DNA of 64,000 nucleotides, taken from positions 12,005 to 76,004 of the forward strand of contig CAYWOR010000006.1 in NCBI GenBank assembly GCA_964459995.1. The letters run 5' to 3'. Below, in pieces: positions 45,501 through 52,857 of the stretch. The stretch comes from an uncultured bacterium (GTDB lineage: Bacteria > UBP14 > UBA6098). Below the pieces are notes generated by a model. That model searched no databases. It had not been told where the DNA came from and saw only the letters and a list, made by a program, of their open reading frames with translations. The translations under genes and the position numbers were made by a program. Numbering within the stretch: position 1 is the first letter of the stretch; every line of letters starts with the position of its first letter.

Positions 45501-47384
45501 GCCGCCGGGGACATCAACAGGGCCTGCATAGCCGCTTCCGAAGGGGAAGGTGAATTCGAGACCGTAAGGGCTACTCTGGGTTAGATCGAGATCGACCCAA
45601 CCGAGATTGCCGCCGCCTGTATTGGTGAAACGCACCTCGATATCGAAAGCGCTTCCTTCGGTAATGAAGGGATTAGATGGCGCGCTTTCGGGGCTTCCAC
45701 CCGTATAAGCAACACGAATCTGCGGCGGTGCAGTAACATTAACACGAATCTGATTCTGTGTGTTGGTTGTAAGACTGCTCCAAGGTTCATCCCAAACCAA
45801 TACAGCTATCATGTGGTCACATGCGATGCCCGGAGCGCCGATGTCGTAAATAACATCCAGCGTCTCGCCCGGCTCGATGTGAACCGCATACACATAACCG
45901 GTATGGTTTCCACCCGGACCGATATAATCCCCGCGCACTCTAAGGCGAATCGAATCGACCGCAACGAGGCTGTGGTTAGCTATCTTGATTGTGATATGAT
46001 GGCTTTGCGTGGTGTTCGCGTCGTAATCGAAGGGTGGGATTCCGGGATGTGGAAGATCGCTTGTAACGCTAACAATTTCTAACTCGGGAATGTGGCAGGA
46101 AACCCACGAATAAAGACCGTTGATGAAACTGAAAGCATTCGTCGCATGTGCCCAATTGTTCCCTGTCCAGAAAGGATTGAACCAAGTATTCTCGACAGTG
46201 AGAATGCGGTTGATATACTGGCTGTCACTGGTCGCACGGAACATCTCCATCTGACCCAAATCGTAGTAGCAGTATATTGCGCCAAATCTTGTCATCGGTT
46301 CATAGTAACTACGAGTGCCATTCCAGATAGGTCCGAAACGGAAATAGTCGTTGATGTCGTTGCGCCAAGTCATAGCCGAAGCGTCTTCCATATCCGCCAG
46401 CCAGAGGCTTTCCGCGATAGCGGAATTTCCGTTGATCGCGGCGAACATCATAATAGGAAGCGATTCCCATCTGCGAAGACCATCGGCAACAGCCATGGGG
46501 GATCTCACATCCGAAGGAGATGAATAATGCGAGAACCAAACAGGCAGAATGTATTGTCTGTAGTAGTTTAGCATGGTCGAAACATATAACCAGGCACCCT
46601 CTGCTTCTTCGTCCCAGTCGTAATCAGTTGCAGGCGGCTCGGGCGGAGCGGTCGGCCTGAAACGAACAGGGTAGCTGTGGAAAGAGCGCATATGGCTTTC
46701 GAGAACCAAGCCCCAAAGCGCTGTAAGATAAAGGTTATCAACGCCGTTGTATTTGATAGCGCCGTTAACATTGTTGTAATAAAGGTCGTTATCGCGAATT
46801 CCGCGAAGGATTTTCACGATATAGGGGGAATACTCGTAATTATCTGAAATAGTCAGAAAATATGTTCCCCAAAGGACGCGCTCGAGATAAACCATGGTGC
46901 TATCGGTCGCGAATGTCATGGTCGGGTCGAAACGCCAGGGTATCTGTGCGTCGCCCATAAGCATTTTATGGATTTGCCACGCACCCATCGCCGAAGCTTC
47001 GGAGAACCAAGGCTCAATACCGCCGGTTGTGGCGATATGAAGCGCGGCGCTCGTATCTTTGACGTTGTTCGTGATAAAAATCCGTTCGATACCATTGAAT
47101 GCATAAGGCACACCGACACCGGAGGCATTCATTCCCGCCCAAAGTGCGGCGTTCATGAATAAAGTCGCGCCGAGATAACTCGGGTTCCTGTTGTCCGTTA
47201 GCGGTTGAGTCCTAATTGCCGGATCGGTATCGATCCACTGAAGTCCCTCCGTTTGGTGGAATAATCCACTTCCGGGATCGACAACATACTCCATTGCGCT
47301 GACAGCGCGCTCATCGTGATACGTAGCCATTAGGCCAGTAACGAGGAACACGGTCAGCAAGACCAATAGCCCCATTCTTTTCAT
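39579..47384 (-). CDS. Giant secreted protein (2601 aa), T9SS cargo
   Basis: ATG 47384 (MKRMGLLVLLTVFLVTGLMA) follows AAGGAG. The track start at 47480 adds a non-signal extension. There is a ~480-aa unrecognised Trp/Tyr-rich N-terminal domain, then many Ig-like modules with a recurring D-x-AGN motif (ARDVAGNW, AYDVAGNK, SRDYAGNP, AYDSAGNI), an Fn3 domain, a GWNLVMLP module, and the CTD LYANVPNPFNPTTAIKFDLPEAVRCDLSVYNLNGRKV..WDGRDDTGKELPGGIYFYKL..MLFVK. Confidence 0.85.
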   Translation of the reverse strand: MKRMGLLVLLTVFLVTGLMATYHDERAVSAMEYVVDPGSGLFHQTEGLQWIDTDPAIRTQPLTDNRNPSYLGATLFMNAALWAGMNASGVGVPYAFNGIERIFITNNVKDTSAALHIATTGGIEPWFSEASAMGAWQIHKMLMGDAQIPWRFDPTMTFATDSTMVYLERVLWGTYFLTISDNYEYSPYIVKILRGIRDNDLYYNNVNGAIKYNGVDNLYLTALWGLVLESHMRSFHSYPVRFRPTAPPEPPATDYDWDEEAEGAWLYVSTMLNYYRQYILPVWFSHYSSPSDVRSPMAVADGLRRWESLPIMMFAAINGNSAIAESLWLADMEDASAMTWRNDINDYFRFGPIWNGTRSYYEPMTRFGAIYCYYDLGQMEMFRATSDSQYINRILTVENTWFNPFWTGNNWAHATNAFSFINGLYSWVSCHIPELEIVSVTSDLPHPGIPPFDYDANTTQSHHITIKIANHSLVAVDSIRLRVRGDYIGPGGNHTGYVYAVHIEPGETLDVIYDIGAPGIACDHMIAVLVWDEPWSSLTTNTQNQIRVNVTAPPQIRVAYTGGSPESAPSNPFITEGSAFDIEVRFTNTGGGNLGWVDLDLTQSSPYGLEFTFPFGSGYAGPVDVPGGGNGSVFIPAIAPMGTGIIGNDIYVEMMLNSIIDANTGLPLGSVIGASLTIIDDDEWFNIQHAPLLTPINVTASGWLNATDPCTVRVWLSNAAGDYATADSFDFYDHRIQLEASVITGVLGLDAAVDGTPAIPAGTTGGLEFVLWNDGVSENVWADVHAIFPYHDANRGDEAEPVDSPFDHVFPNALGIDVLAPSVNPLAPMMGTLWPVDNTVKIQGFDNLSGVAGIWVYFMDAVGGNYWDAIGGWGATADTFALAPFSGSEWRVTIGTPPTGANYIMYVLARDVAGNWMPVKYVAVGNIGYVNIIENGADLWRGGPFAPVPPGAVWDYECDANWTYVCSVLVFNHNAYTVQNVELRLRSTSPHTFTDTLGNGTLNIPPLSGRWFWFTVTEPGYSFIDSLYFDIVSGVDNLGRPIGEQYTDKDLIVKVERPVDFEIVEVWLDPDSVTQWNGADGLVSHYQTFTYHATIRNNGDDVIDSVVVWPDQAGIVTNNLISPVGPFTFYNKGNGWTETLTFSVIADTNNPGPNPEQWDTDLLLLSNVGLGGFTANNHPPGYSTGLSTITDDFAPIGVQQNSDLQTDYFWSNGDANLVWINRTNTVTVTAALYNRFGTAGGAPQDDRSAADRINDPGYGTEMVLYEPFSWTLVPSVAGGETPVEVTSAVVEPGDTTWISWDLSWDGTPPSYEGDVRMYDWVEFGDQNWQSRRVSRWSPASTISTTGILAVDFTKPVVTIVAPNAGGMYNEFPETLKVLVTDNVSGVVHDSVKVQFENPAGDIWDGTVWGPNDVWFTAHFDLTIGADTFWYDIPEQTMEGCYTYRAYAYDVAGNKSDVKEVNFIYDITPPNNHFVLPYAGYYSYTGCDVWDQVIQVWAYDDTTNATTACVSHVKNVYVAIKDTIRGQWWNGATWQTSASVPWLACTPTADPLIWQYSGYTDMTGAVLEFFCYSRDYAGNPSSDHDTLQYVNIDENVPNSVITNNVFNELPGVSVFNFDTWAANMNNYLWGFAYDPWSRIDQIDWALYDDLTGRHWDGTSWVASGTDIWLSPTHYSYNGAVWFAGAPNPGTLFTFGADTLYWRAAWSPPGYGHYRIRTRSYDDLCHEEAPLFDSQNEKWFYYDNCGPVIYPRFPEAGRAYYILEWHDSLAVFAYDSCGFPMDDVDSVKFWLTNSTGEYWGWHPVWMMMGWWPMPISVSGNLLPGGDHIWMYRYPGMITTPGSYNLFVRAYDSAGNIALNAWNFIITVSGQYLTIENFQTVPNDDPYFVDELWNVRVTAWHHPGVVDTNFAHQLVFGNTMPTPADFELLAPGPYYTYRGVLEVPCVAHAPILGLEVFVDSPTSGLPRASTEPIDIIGLVDDAIAGFVIDNPGDQGDLLWIHHNRTPQDPGWGDPGTIDTLSIKILEYRYYRDMNLSPAPGDTTWQPVLPILATNNDGDSVRVQFGNFNTFTEYAYSMIVKVQIQGLADSMFTGRIMLGSQAPIDNIEPASIVDLAATAVPGGIQLDWTAVTLGWEGTPEINPAVNIVYDIYRFTDPYGPIGAPLVAGWPNNNYVDAAGAGDVTTPYYYVVKARDFSNNESPNESNRVGEVDYLIADGWSSFGYPLGVAGLVTPAAYTARFGVPYNNIYTYVNPPGGWYGLRVFGIDFDVLIPETQAMLGNITGFGTNVMTWTGDVPDDSTAIVYNLSYDTPSGNGWNLVMLPLHHGAPEPAVMMASDLYYELVGLGLDPLTVAYRVSGGGWVSIVDLGGTIYFDFEIHPGQVYLLWVNNDGVWPAYARSGGAPEPVNAGFEPSEVGIEMPKSSIIPVYTADGGIVEALEVTAIWGDQSIICSYQNGIARVEFSDFDGIIPGVEIQVVFEGEGYLGQTTIAAPNGPVDVAKEVYLERSTPTLPEEFVLYANVPNPFNPTTAIKFDLPEAVRCDLSVYNLNGRKVRTLISEDIQAGYHRAVWDGRDDTGKELPGGIYFYKLSAGDFSAQRRMLFVK

Positions 47385-47539
47385 AGTTGCTCCTTTCCCT
47401 CTCGCAACATTCGAGTTCCAAAGGGAAGTTAAAGTTTCGAAGCGTATCATCTTACTACCCCCTATTTTGTTATAATTCAATAGGTTAGGCCTTTCCCTTT
47501 TGGTAAGACCTAAGGCCTATTGAGCTATTTGTTAATGCA

Positions 47540-47567
47540 AATATAGTCAAAGTCAACATAAAGTCAA
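47540..47567 (-). promoter_or_regulatory. Candidate promoter for the 2601-aa gene: TTGACT-16 nt-TATATT within a triple TTGACT cluster
   Basis: On the minus strand, TTGACT occurs at 47567-62, 47556-51 and 47550-45, and TATATT at 47545-40. This would give a ~150-nt leader. Confidence 0.3.
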
Positions 47568-47626
47568 TAGCTTTTTTCATTTTTTATTTCGCTATTCTCA
47601 AATAACCCAACACACTCCATTGATAA

Positions 47627-47896
47627 CTATATCCACCACTTGAAGTAGTAAACCGTAAGTGCAATGCTAATAAGTGCAATGAAATTGAAAGCAAACCGAA
47701 AACCCAAGGTAAACTCCAGAAGCACAATATCCACATGGATCGGGTCCATTCCAAAGCGAACCTCTTTCATGAAAAAGGTCTTAACCACGCCTGTCGGAAG
47801 GATAAAATCGAGAATCGCAGTCAGTAAAGCTCCCGCGAGAATACCAACGACAACGGCAAGAAGAACTACCGCAAACCTCTTCCGATTCTCAGACAA
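47627..47896 (-). CDS. DUF4321-like small membrane protein
   Basis: 89 aa with two TM segments. The pattern ..GVVKTFFMKEVRFGMDPIHVDIVLLEFTLGFRFAFNFIALISIAL..YYFKWW resembles DUF4321. A TTG start overlaps the purQ stop by 8 nt. Confidence 0.55.
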   Translation of the reverse strand: MSENRKRFAVVLLAVVVGILAGALLTAILDFILPTGVVKTFFMKEVRFGMDPIHVDIVLLEFTLGFRFAFNFIALISIALTVYYFKWWI

Positions 47897-48596
47897 CGGC
47901 GACCTTCTTTTCGTAGAAACTCAGCACACTCCTAAAAACTCCCAGACCGTCGGTCGAGCCGAGAACTTTCTCGCAGGCACGCTCAGGATGCGGCATCATG
48001 CCGAGGACATTACCTCGACGGTTCATCAGCCCGGCGATATTATTCGAACTTCCGTTGGGATTCGATTCAGCTGTGATTTCACCTTTCGAATCGCAATATC
48101 TAAAAAGAACCTGATTATTTGCTTCTATCTCGTCAATTGTAAGCTTGTCGGCGAAGTAATTTCCCTCGAAATGAGCGATTGGAACACGAAGAACTTCACC
48201 TTTGCGGATTTCATTTGAAAAGGGTGTATCGTCGCGCTCGCATCGGATTGTTATCTCACGGCAAATAAATCGCAGATGTTTATTGGGGATCATCGCTCCG
48301 GGGAGCAATCCGCATTCGAGCAGAACCTGAAATCCGTTGCATACACCAAGAACCAGACCACCTGAATTGGCAAAGTCGATTACGGCGGGCATTATCGGAC
48401 TAAAACGCGCGAAAGCCCCTGTCCTAAGATAATCGCCATAGGAAAAGCCGCCGGGGAGAAAGATCATATCCACATCGTCGAGGTGGGTGTCTTTGTGCCA
48501 AAGGAAAACAGCCTCCTCGCCGAGGACTCCTTCCACAGCCCATGCGGAATCTCTGTCGCAATTGCTACCGGGGAAAACCACAACTCCGACTCTCAT
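47889..48596 (-). CDS. purQ: Phosphoribosylformylglycinamidine synthase, glutaminase subunit
   Basis: MRVGVVVFPGSNCDRD, GGFSYGDYLR, GVCNGFQVL (nucleophile Cys), MPHPER. Confidence 0.95.
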   Translation of the reverse strand: MRVGVVVFPGSNCDRDSAWAVEGVLGEEAVFLWHKDTHLDDVDMIFLPGGFSYGDYLRTGAFARFSPIMPAVIDFANSGGLVLGVCNGFQVLLECGLLPGAMIPNKHLRFICREITIRCERDDTPFSNEIRKGEVLRVPIAHFEGNYFADKLTIDEIEANNQVLFRYCDSKGEITAESNPNGSSNNIAGLMNRRGNVLGMMPHPERACEKVLGSTDGLGVFRSVLSFYEKKVAVV

Positions 48597-48850
48597 GAAA
48601 TCCTCTCTATCTCCATTTCGTAATTCTCGATTACAGGATTGGAGAGAATATCTCCGGAGATTTTCGCGATTTTTTCGCGTGCGGAATCCTCCGATTCGGC
48701 CTCAATCTCGAGATGGAACACTTTACCCGACCTCACGGAAATAATACCATTATAACCCAACCTCGATAACGCTTCGGAAATCGTTTTCCCTTCCGGATCA
48801 GCCACCGAGGGCTTCTTTTTAACCGTTATCTTCGCTTTGAATATCAACAT
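48593..48850 (-). CDS. purS: Phosphoribosylformylglycinamidine synthase subunit PurS
   Basis: MLIFKAKITVKKKPSVADPEGKTISEALSRLGY..VRSGKVFHLEI. Overlaps the purQ start by 4 nt. The alternative start at 48862 is less typical. Confidence 0.85.
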   Translation of the reverse strand: MLIFKAKITVKKKPSVADPEGKTISEALSRLGYNGIISVRSGKVFHLEIEAESEDSAREKIAKISGDILSNPVIENYEMEIERIS

Positions 48851-49589
48851 CGTCTTCTCCATATCTTCCTGACAGCACTGCTATTATCTCTTTTACAAAG
48901 CCATAGACGATATAAATCATAACCATGGGGTAGATGAGATATGATGGATACAGTATCAACCCTAAAATTAATATTAATATAGGAATTATCAAAAGGATTT
49001 TCAATGTCCGAGAAATTTTCGCAATAGAAATTTTCTTCGGATATTTCACCTGAGAAATCATCAACCAAGCCAACAGAGCGATTCCGCCGAGCACCCCCCT
49101 GCCCTCGATAGGCGGCCAGACATCGTTGATAAATACTAACGACGATGCAATCGCGACCGCGGCGGCTGGAATAGGAAGGCCACAAAAATAGTCCTCACGC
49201 GAGCATTGAGCGGAAAGATTGAATCTTGCGAGACGATAAGAGCCGGCTACTGTGTAAAGAATTCCCACCGCAAGCCGCCAATCTCGAAGACTGAAAAGCC
49301 CAACAGCGTGCATCAGCGCTACCGGAGCAATTCCGAATGTGGTGAAATCCGCCAAAGAATCGAGTTCGATTCCGATACTCGAGTCGGCTTTGGCAATACG
49401 GGCGACTTTACCGTCCATGGCGTCGAGAAAAGCACCAAGAATGATGAACCAAACAGCCGAAAGCGGTTTCGGTCCCATAGCGTGAAGAATCGCGAACAAC
49501 CCGCAAATGAGGTTGCCGAAGGTGAAAAGACCGGGGATCGCCGGTGCGAACCTTTTCACATCCATTTTGCGACCGGGCTTACGCCGCAT
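48819..49589 (-). CDS. pssA: CDP-diacylglycerol--serine O-phosphatidyltransferase
   Basis: CDP-alcohol phosphatidyltransferase motif DAMDGKVARIAKADSSIGIELDSLAD. Multiple TM segments. Confidence 0.9.
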   Translation of the reverse strand: MRRKPGRKMDVKRFAPAIPGLFTFGNLICGLFAILHAMGPKPLSAVWFIILGAFLDAMDGKVARIAKADSSIGIELDSLADFTTFGIAPVALMHAVGLFSLRDWRLAVGILYTVAGSYRLARFNLSAQCSREDYFCGLPIPAAAVAIASSLVFINDVWPPIEGRGVLGGIALLAWLMISQVKYPKKISIAKISRTLKILLIIPILILILGLILYPSYLIYPMVMIYIVYGFVKEIIAVLSGRYGEDDVDIQSEDNG

Positions 49590-50203
49590 TTGACCTTATC
49601 TCCTTTCTTCGCTAAGATTTCCGTCTCCGATGCCGGCAGAAGAAGTTCGACTCTGCTTCCAAACCGTATGACGCCGATTTTGTCGCCTCTTTCGAGATTT
49701 TGCCCCTTTTCGAGACGGCAAACGACTCGCCGCGCAACCATGCCTGCAATTTGGTGAACCTGCACAATTCCACGCGGAGTGTTAAGATAGATTTTCATTC
49801 TTTCGTTATCAGCAAAAGCCGCGCCACTTCCGGCGTGCTTGTATCCGCCTTCGATATAGTCGAGTTTAGAGACCTCTCCCTTGCATGGCGCGCGGTTGAT
49901 ATGGACATCGAGGATATTCATAAAAATCGCGATGCGGTTGTATTTTTGTCCTTCGTCGTCTTCGTAATTTTCGGCAATAATCACCTCGCCGTCGGCCGGG
50001 GAGATTACAAAGCTTCCGTCTCCTAAGAAGACCCTCTCTGGATCGCGAAGAAAATATAGCGAGAAACCTGCGAGGAATACGAACACACCCGAAATGAAGT
50101 ATCCGACCTTCATCCCCGGCAAAATCGCAAAAATCGCGAGGATAAGGAAAATACTGAAAAACCTTTTCGCTTCGGGGTCGAATTTTAACATTTGCTTTCT
50201 CAT
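49556..50203 (-). CDS. psd: Phosphatidylserine decarboxylase proenzyme (short form)
   Basis: FLRDPER, ISPADG, IFMNILDVHINRAPCKG, and the self-cleavage region IRFGSRVELLLP. Confidence 0.85.
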   Translation of the reverse strand: MRKQMLKFDPEAKRFFSIFLILAIFAILPGMKVGYFISGVFVFLAGFSLYFLRDPERVFLGDGSFVISPADGEVIIAENYEDDEGQKYNRIAIFMNILDVHINRAPCKGEVSKLDYIEGGYKHAGSGAAFADNERMKIYLNTPRGIVQVHQIAGMVARRVVCRLEKGQNLERGDKIGVIRFGSRVELLLPASETEILAKKGDKVKCGVSPVAKWM

Positions 50204-50357
50204 CCGTAAAAAATCGATGCCAAATTATGTTAATATATAGGTTTTGCATATATATCAAAGCAAAAAATACGGTTTGAATGACATCTTCGATTTTGCTTGC
50301 AAAGACGATCTGATTCTTATATTTTAAATGTTTATTGAATTTCGAAATGAGGATAAG

Positions 50358-52733
50358 ATGAAGACACCCCTCAAATGGCTTTTAGAACTCTGCCCCTACG
50401 ACGGTGGAGTTGATAAAATCGTGGATATGCTCACAATGAGTGGCACCGAGGTCGAATCGGTCGAGGATTTATCTTCTCGATTCGAAGGCGTGGTCATCGG
50501 CCTCGTGAAATCGATACAAGCCGATAACCCGTTGGCCGGAATGTTTCTTTGCGAGGTCGAATATGGCGAAGGCAAAACCGCTCAGGTTTTATCCCGTGCG
50601 CCGAATATCGCAGTAGGGAATCTGTATCCATTCGCGCCTATCGGGGCGAGGCTTTTTGGCGGGAAGGTCATCGGGAATGCTGAATTCGAGGGGGTTTCGA
50701 GCGAAGGTATGCTTTGCTCCGGAGTGGAGCTCGGTCTCGGCGATCCAAAAGACAAGCTTCTTGAGATTGCACCCGGAACACGTGTCGGCGCGGATGTCAA
50801 GAAACTATTACAATGGGACGACGTTGTTATCGAAATGGAAGTTACCCCAAATCGGCCCGACTGTTACGGCATACTTGGGCTTGCGCGAGAATTGTCCGCG
50901 CTCACCGGTGTTCCTTTGGAAGATGAGTATCATATGCCGATACAAAATGGAACACCTGCCAAGAATTTTATCGACATAAGAATTGAGGATCCAAAGGGTT
51001 GTCCGCGATATTCGGCGAGGGTAATCGAGAATCTAAAAATTGCACCGTCTCCCTTGAGAATTATGGGCAGACTTTCGGCTTGTGGAATCCGTCCCATAAA
51101 TAATGTTGTCGATGCTACTAATTACGTGATGATGCTTTTATCGCATCCTCTTCATGCTTTCGATTTAGACAAACTTGGGTCGGACGCCATAATCGTCCGC
51201 AACGCCTTGCAGGGAGAGATATTCACAACCCTCGACAGCGAAGAGCGCAAATTATCCTCCGAGCATCTTCTTATCACCACACCCGAACGCCCTGTGGCAA
51301 TCGCCGGGGTTATGGGCGGCCTAAACAGCGAGGTTGACGAAAGAACTACACGCATCCTCCTCGAATCGGCATATTTCAACCCCCGCAAGATACGCCGCGC
51401 CTCCCGGCAGTTGGGCTTGATAACCGACAGCTCGGTGCGTTTTGAGCGTGGCGCGGATCCCAATAGCACCGTCCGCGCGGCTGACGAATGCGCTTCGCTT
51501 ATCGCATTCACCGCATCAGCCGAGGTTTGCGAAGGGGTTGTGGACGTTTTTCCGAGCAAAATCGAGCCGTTGGAAATCCCTCTAAATCCGAAAACATTGT
51601 CGAACGTCCTTGGAATAGAAATCTGCGAAGACGAATATTCCAAAATACTCATCGCGTTAGGTCTGGAAAAAACATCGAAGGGCGACTGGAAAGTTCCCAC
51701 ATTCCGTCCCGATTTAACTCGTGAAATCGACCTCGTCGAGGAGGTTGGGCGGATTTACGGCTATTCTAAAATCGATCCGAAACTTGAGAGCGCCGGCCCG
51801 ATCCCTCCCTCGATTCCCGAAACAATCCGTTTTGGTAGAAAAATCGCCGGTGTTATGAATGGCCTCGGCTACACCGAAGCACAGTCGGACCCGCTCGGCA
51901 AAGGCAGACTATATAAGCCTTTCTCAGATAAAGGATTAGTCGAACTGGAAAATCCAATCTCGGAAGACTTCAGATTCATGCGGCCTGCAATTCTTCCAAG
52001 CCTTCTATCAGCGGCGGCATACAACCTCAACCGGCAAGCCGAGATAATCCGACTTTACGAATACGACAAAGTCTATCTTGGTCTCCGCGATGGCGAACCT
52101 TATGAGGAATACCATCTCGCAGGTGTTTTAACCGGACTCGCCGAAAATCCCGGCTGGCAAGGCTCTGAGGCAAAAATCGATATTTTCGATTTAAAGGGTG
52201 TTCTCGAAAGCCTGTATAACAATATCGGTCTCAAACTTTTCTTTCTTGAGAGCGAATCCGAGATTTTCGCAAAGGGCAAGGCTTTTACAATCGAAGACTC
52301 AAACGGTGAAATTATCGGCCATGCGGGGCAAATCGCAACGAATATCGCCGATATTTTCGATATCGATATTCCGGTCTATGGATTCGAAATCGAGACTGAG
52401 AAGAGCCTACAGCAAGTTTTCGGAGAACGTAAATACGCCGGTTTGCCGATATTCCCCTCTACACGCCGCGATGTCGCGCTTATAGTGGATAGCAAAATTT
52501 CCGCCGGCGAAATCCTCGACGAAGCGCGGAAAAATTCCACAGAGATGCTCGAAGATGTCTATATATTCGATGTTTACGAAGGTAAGCCTATTCCCTTCGG
52601 CAAAAAATCGATAGGTGTCGCGGCGGTTTTCCGGTCACCAAGTTCTACAATCACGGACAAAGAAGCAAATGTGCTTCACGGAAGGATTGTGGACGCCCTC
52701 GTGAACAAATTCGACGCCTCGATACGCGATTAG
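50358..52733 (+). CDS. pheT: Phenylalanine--tRNA ligase beta subunit
   Basis: MKTPLKWLLELCPY, a tRNA-binding domain, B3/4 and B5 regions, and a C-terminal FDX-ACB-like part (RDVALIVD...DVYEGKPIP). ATG 50358 follows GAGGA. No pheS is adjacent. Confidence 0.95.
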   Translation: MKTPLKWLLELCPYDGGVDKIVDMLTMSGTEVESVEDLSSRFEGVVIGLVKSIQADNPLAGMFLCEVEYGEGKTAQVLSRAPNIAVGNLYPFAPIGARLFGGKVIGNAEFEGVSSEGMLCSGVELGLGDPKDKLLEIAPGTRVGADVKKLLQWDDVVIEMEVTPNRPDCYGILGLARELSALTGVPLEDEYHMPIQNGTPAKNFIDIRIEDPKGCPRYSARVIENLKIAPSPLRIMGRLSACGIRPINNVVDATNYVMMLLSHPLHAFDLDKLGSDAIIVRNALQGEIFTTLDSEERKLSSEHLLITTPERPVAIAGVMGGLNSEVDERTTRILLESAYFNPRKIRRASRQLGLITDSSVRFERGADPNSTVRAADECASLIAFTASAEVCEGVVDVFPSKIEPLEIPLNPKTLSNVLGIEICEDEYSKILIALGLEKTSKGDWKVPTFRPDLTREIDLVEEVGRIYGYSKIDPKLESAGPIPPSIPETIRFGRKIAGVMNGLGYTEAQSDPLGKGRLYKPFSDKGLVELENPISEDFRFMRPAILPSLLSAAAYNLNRQAEIIRLYEYDKVYLGLRDGEPYEEYHLAGVLTGLAENPGWQGSEAKIDIFDLKGVLESLYNNIGLKLFFLESESEIFAKGKAFTIEDSNGEIIGHAGQIATNIADIFDIDIPVYGFEIETEKSLQQVFGERKYAGLPIFPSTRRDVALIVDSKISAGEILDEARKNSTEMLEDVYIFDVYEGKPIPFGKKSIGVAAVFRSPSSTITDKEANVLHGRIVDALVNKFDASIRD

Positions 52734-52775
52734 GGCGGATTTGCGGTTGGATTCGCACGCGAATAAGCTTTTTCG

Positions 52776-52804
52776 TTGACTTTGCTGGCGAAAATCGATA
52801 ATTT
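52776..52804 (+). promoter_or_regulatory. Sigma70-like promoter TTGACT-17 nt-TAATTT upstream of the 52.9-62.1 kb operon
   Basis: TTGACT at 52776-52781, spacer at 52782-52798, TAATTT at 52799-52804. The ~45-nt leader contains GGAGGGG before ATG 52858. Confidence 0.35.
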
Positions 52805-52857
52805 TCAATAAATAGTTATTCCATTTCAATTTAATCCCCAGAAACTTTGGAGGGGAA

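Noticed and set aside
47467-47476. An extended -10 (TGTTATAAT) on the plus strand
   Set aside because: There is no -35 element. The next plus-strand gene is about 2.9 kb away (pheT) and has its own upstream region. This is probably chance in AT-rich sequence, and at most an antisense promoter.
52751-52773. ATTCGC-AC-GCGAAT followed by AAGCTTTTT, read as the pheT terminator
   Set aside because: The 2-nt loop is sterically impossible, so the effective stem is only about 4 bp. This is too weak to call without 3'-end data.
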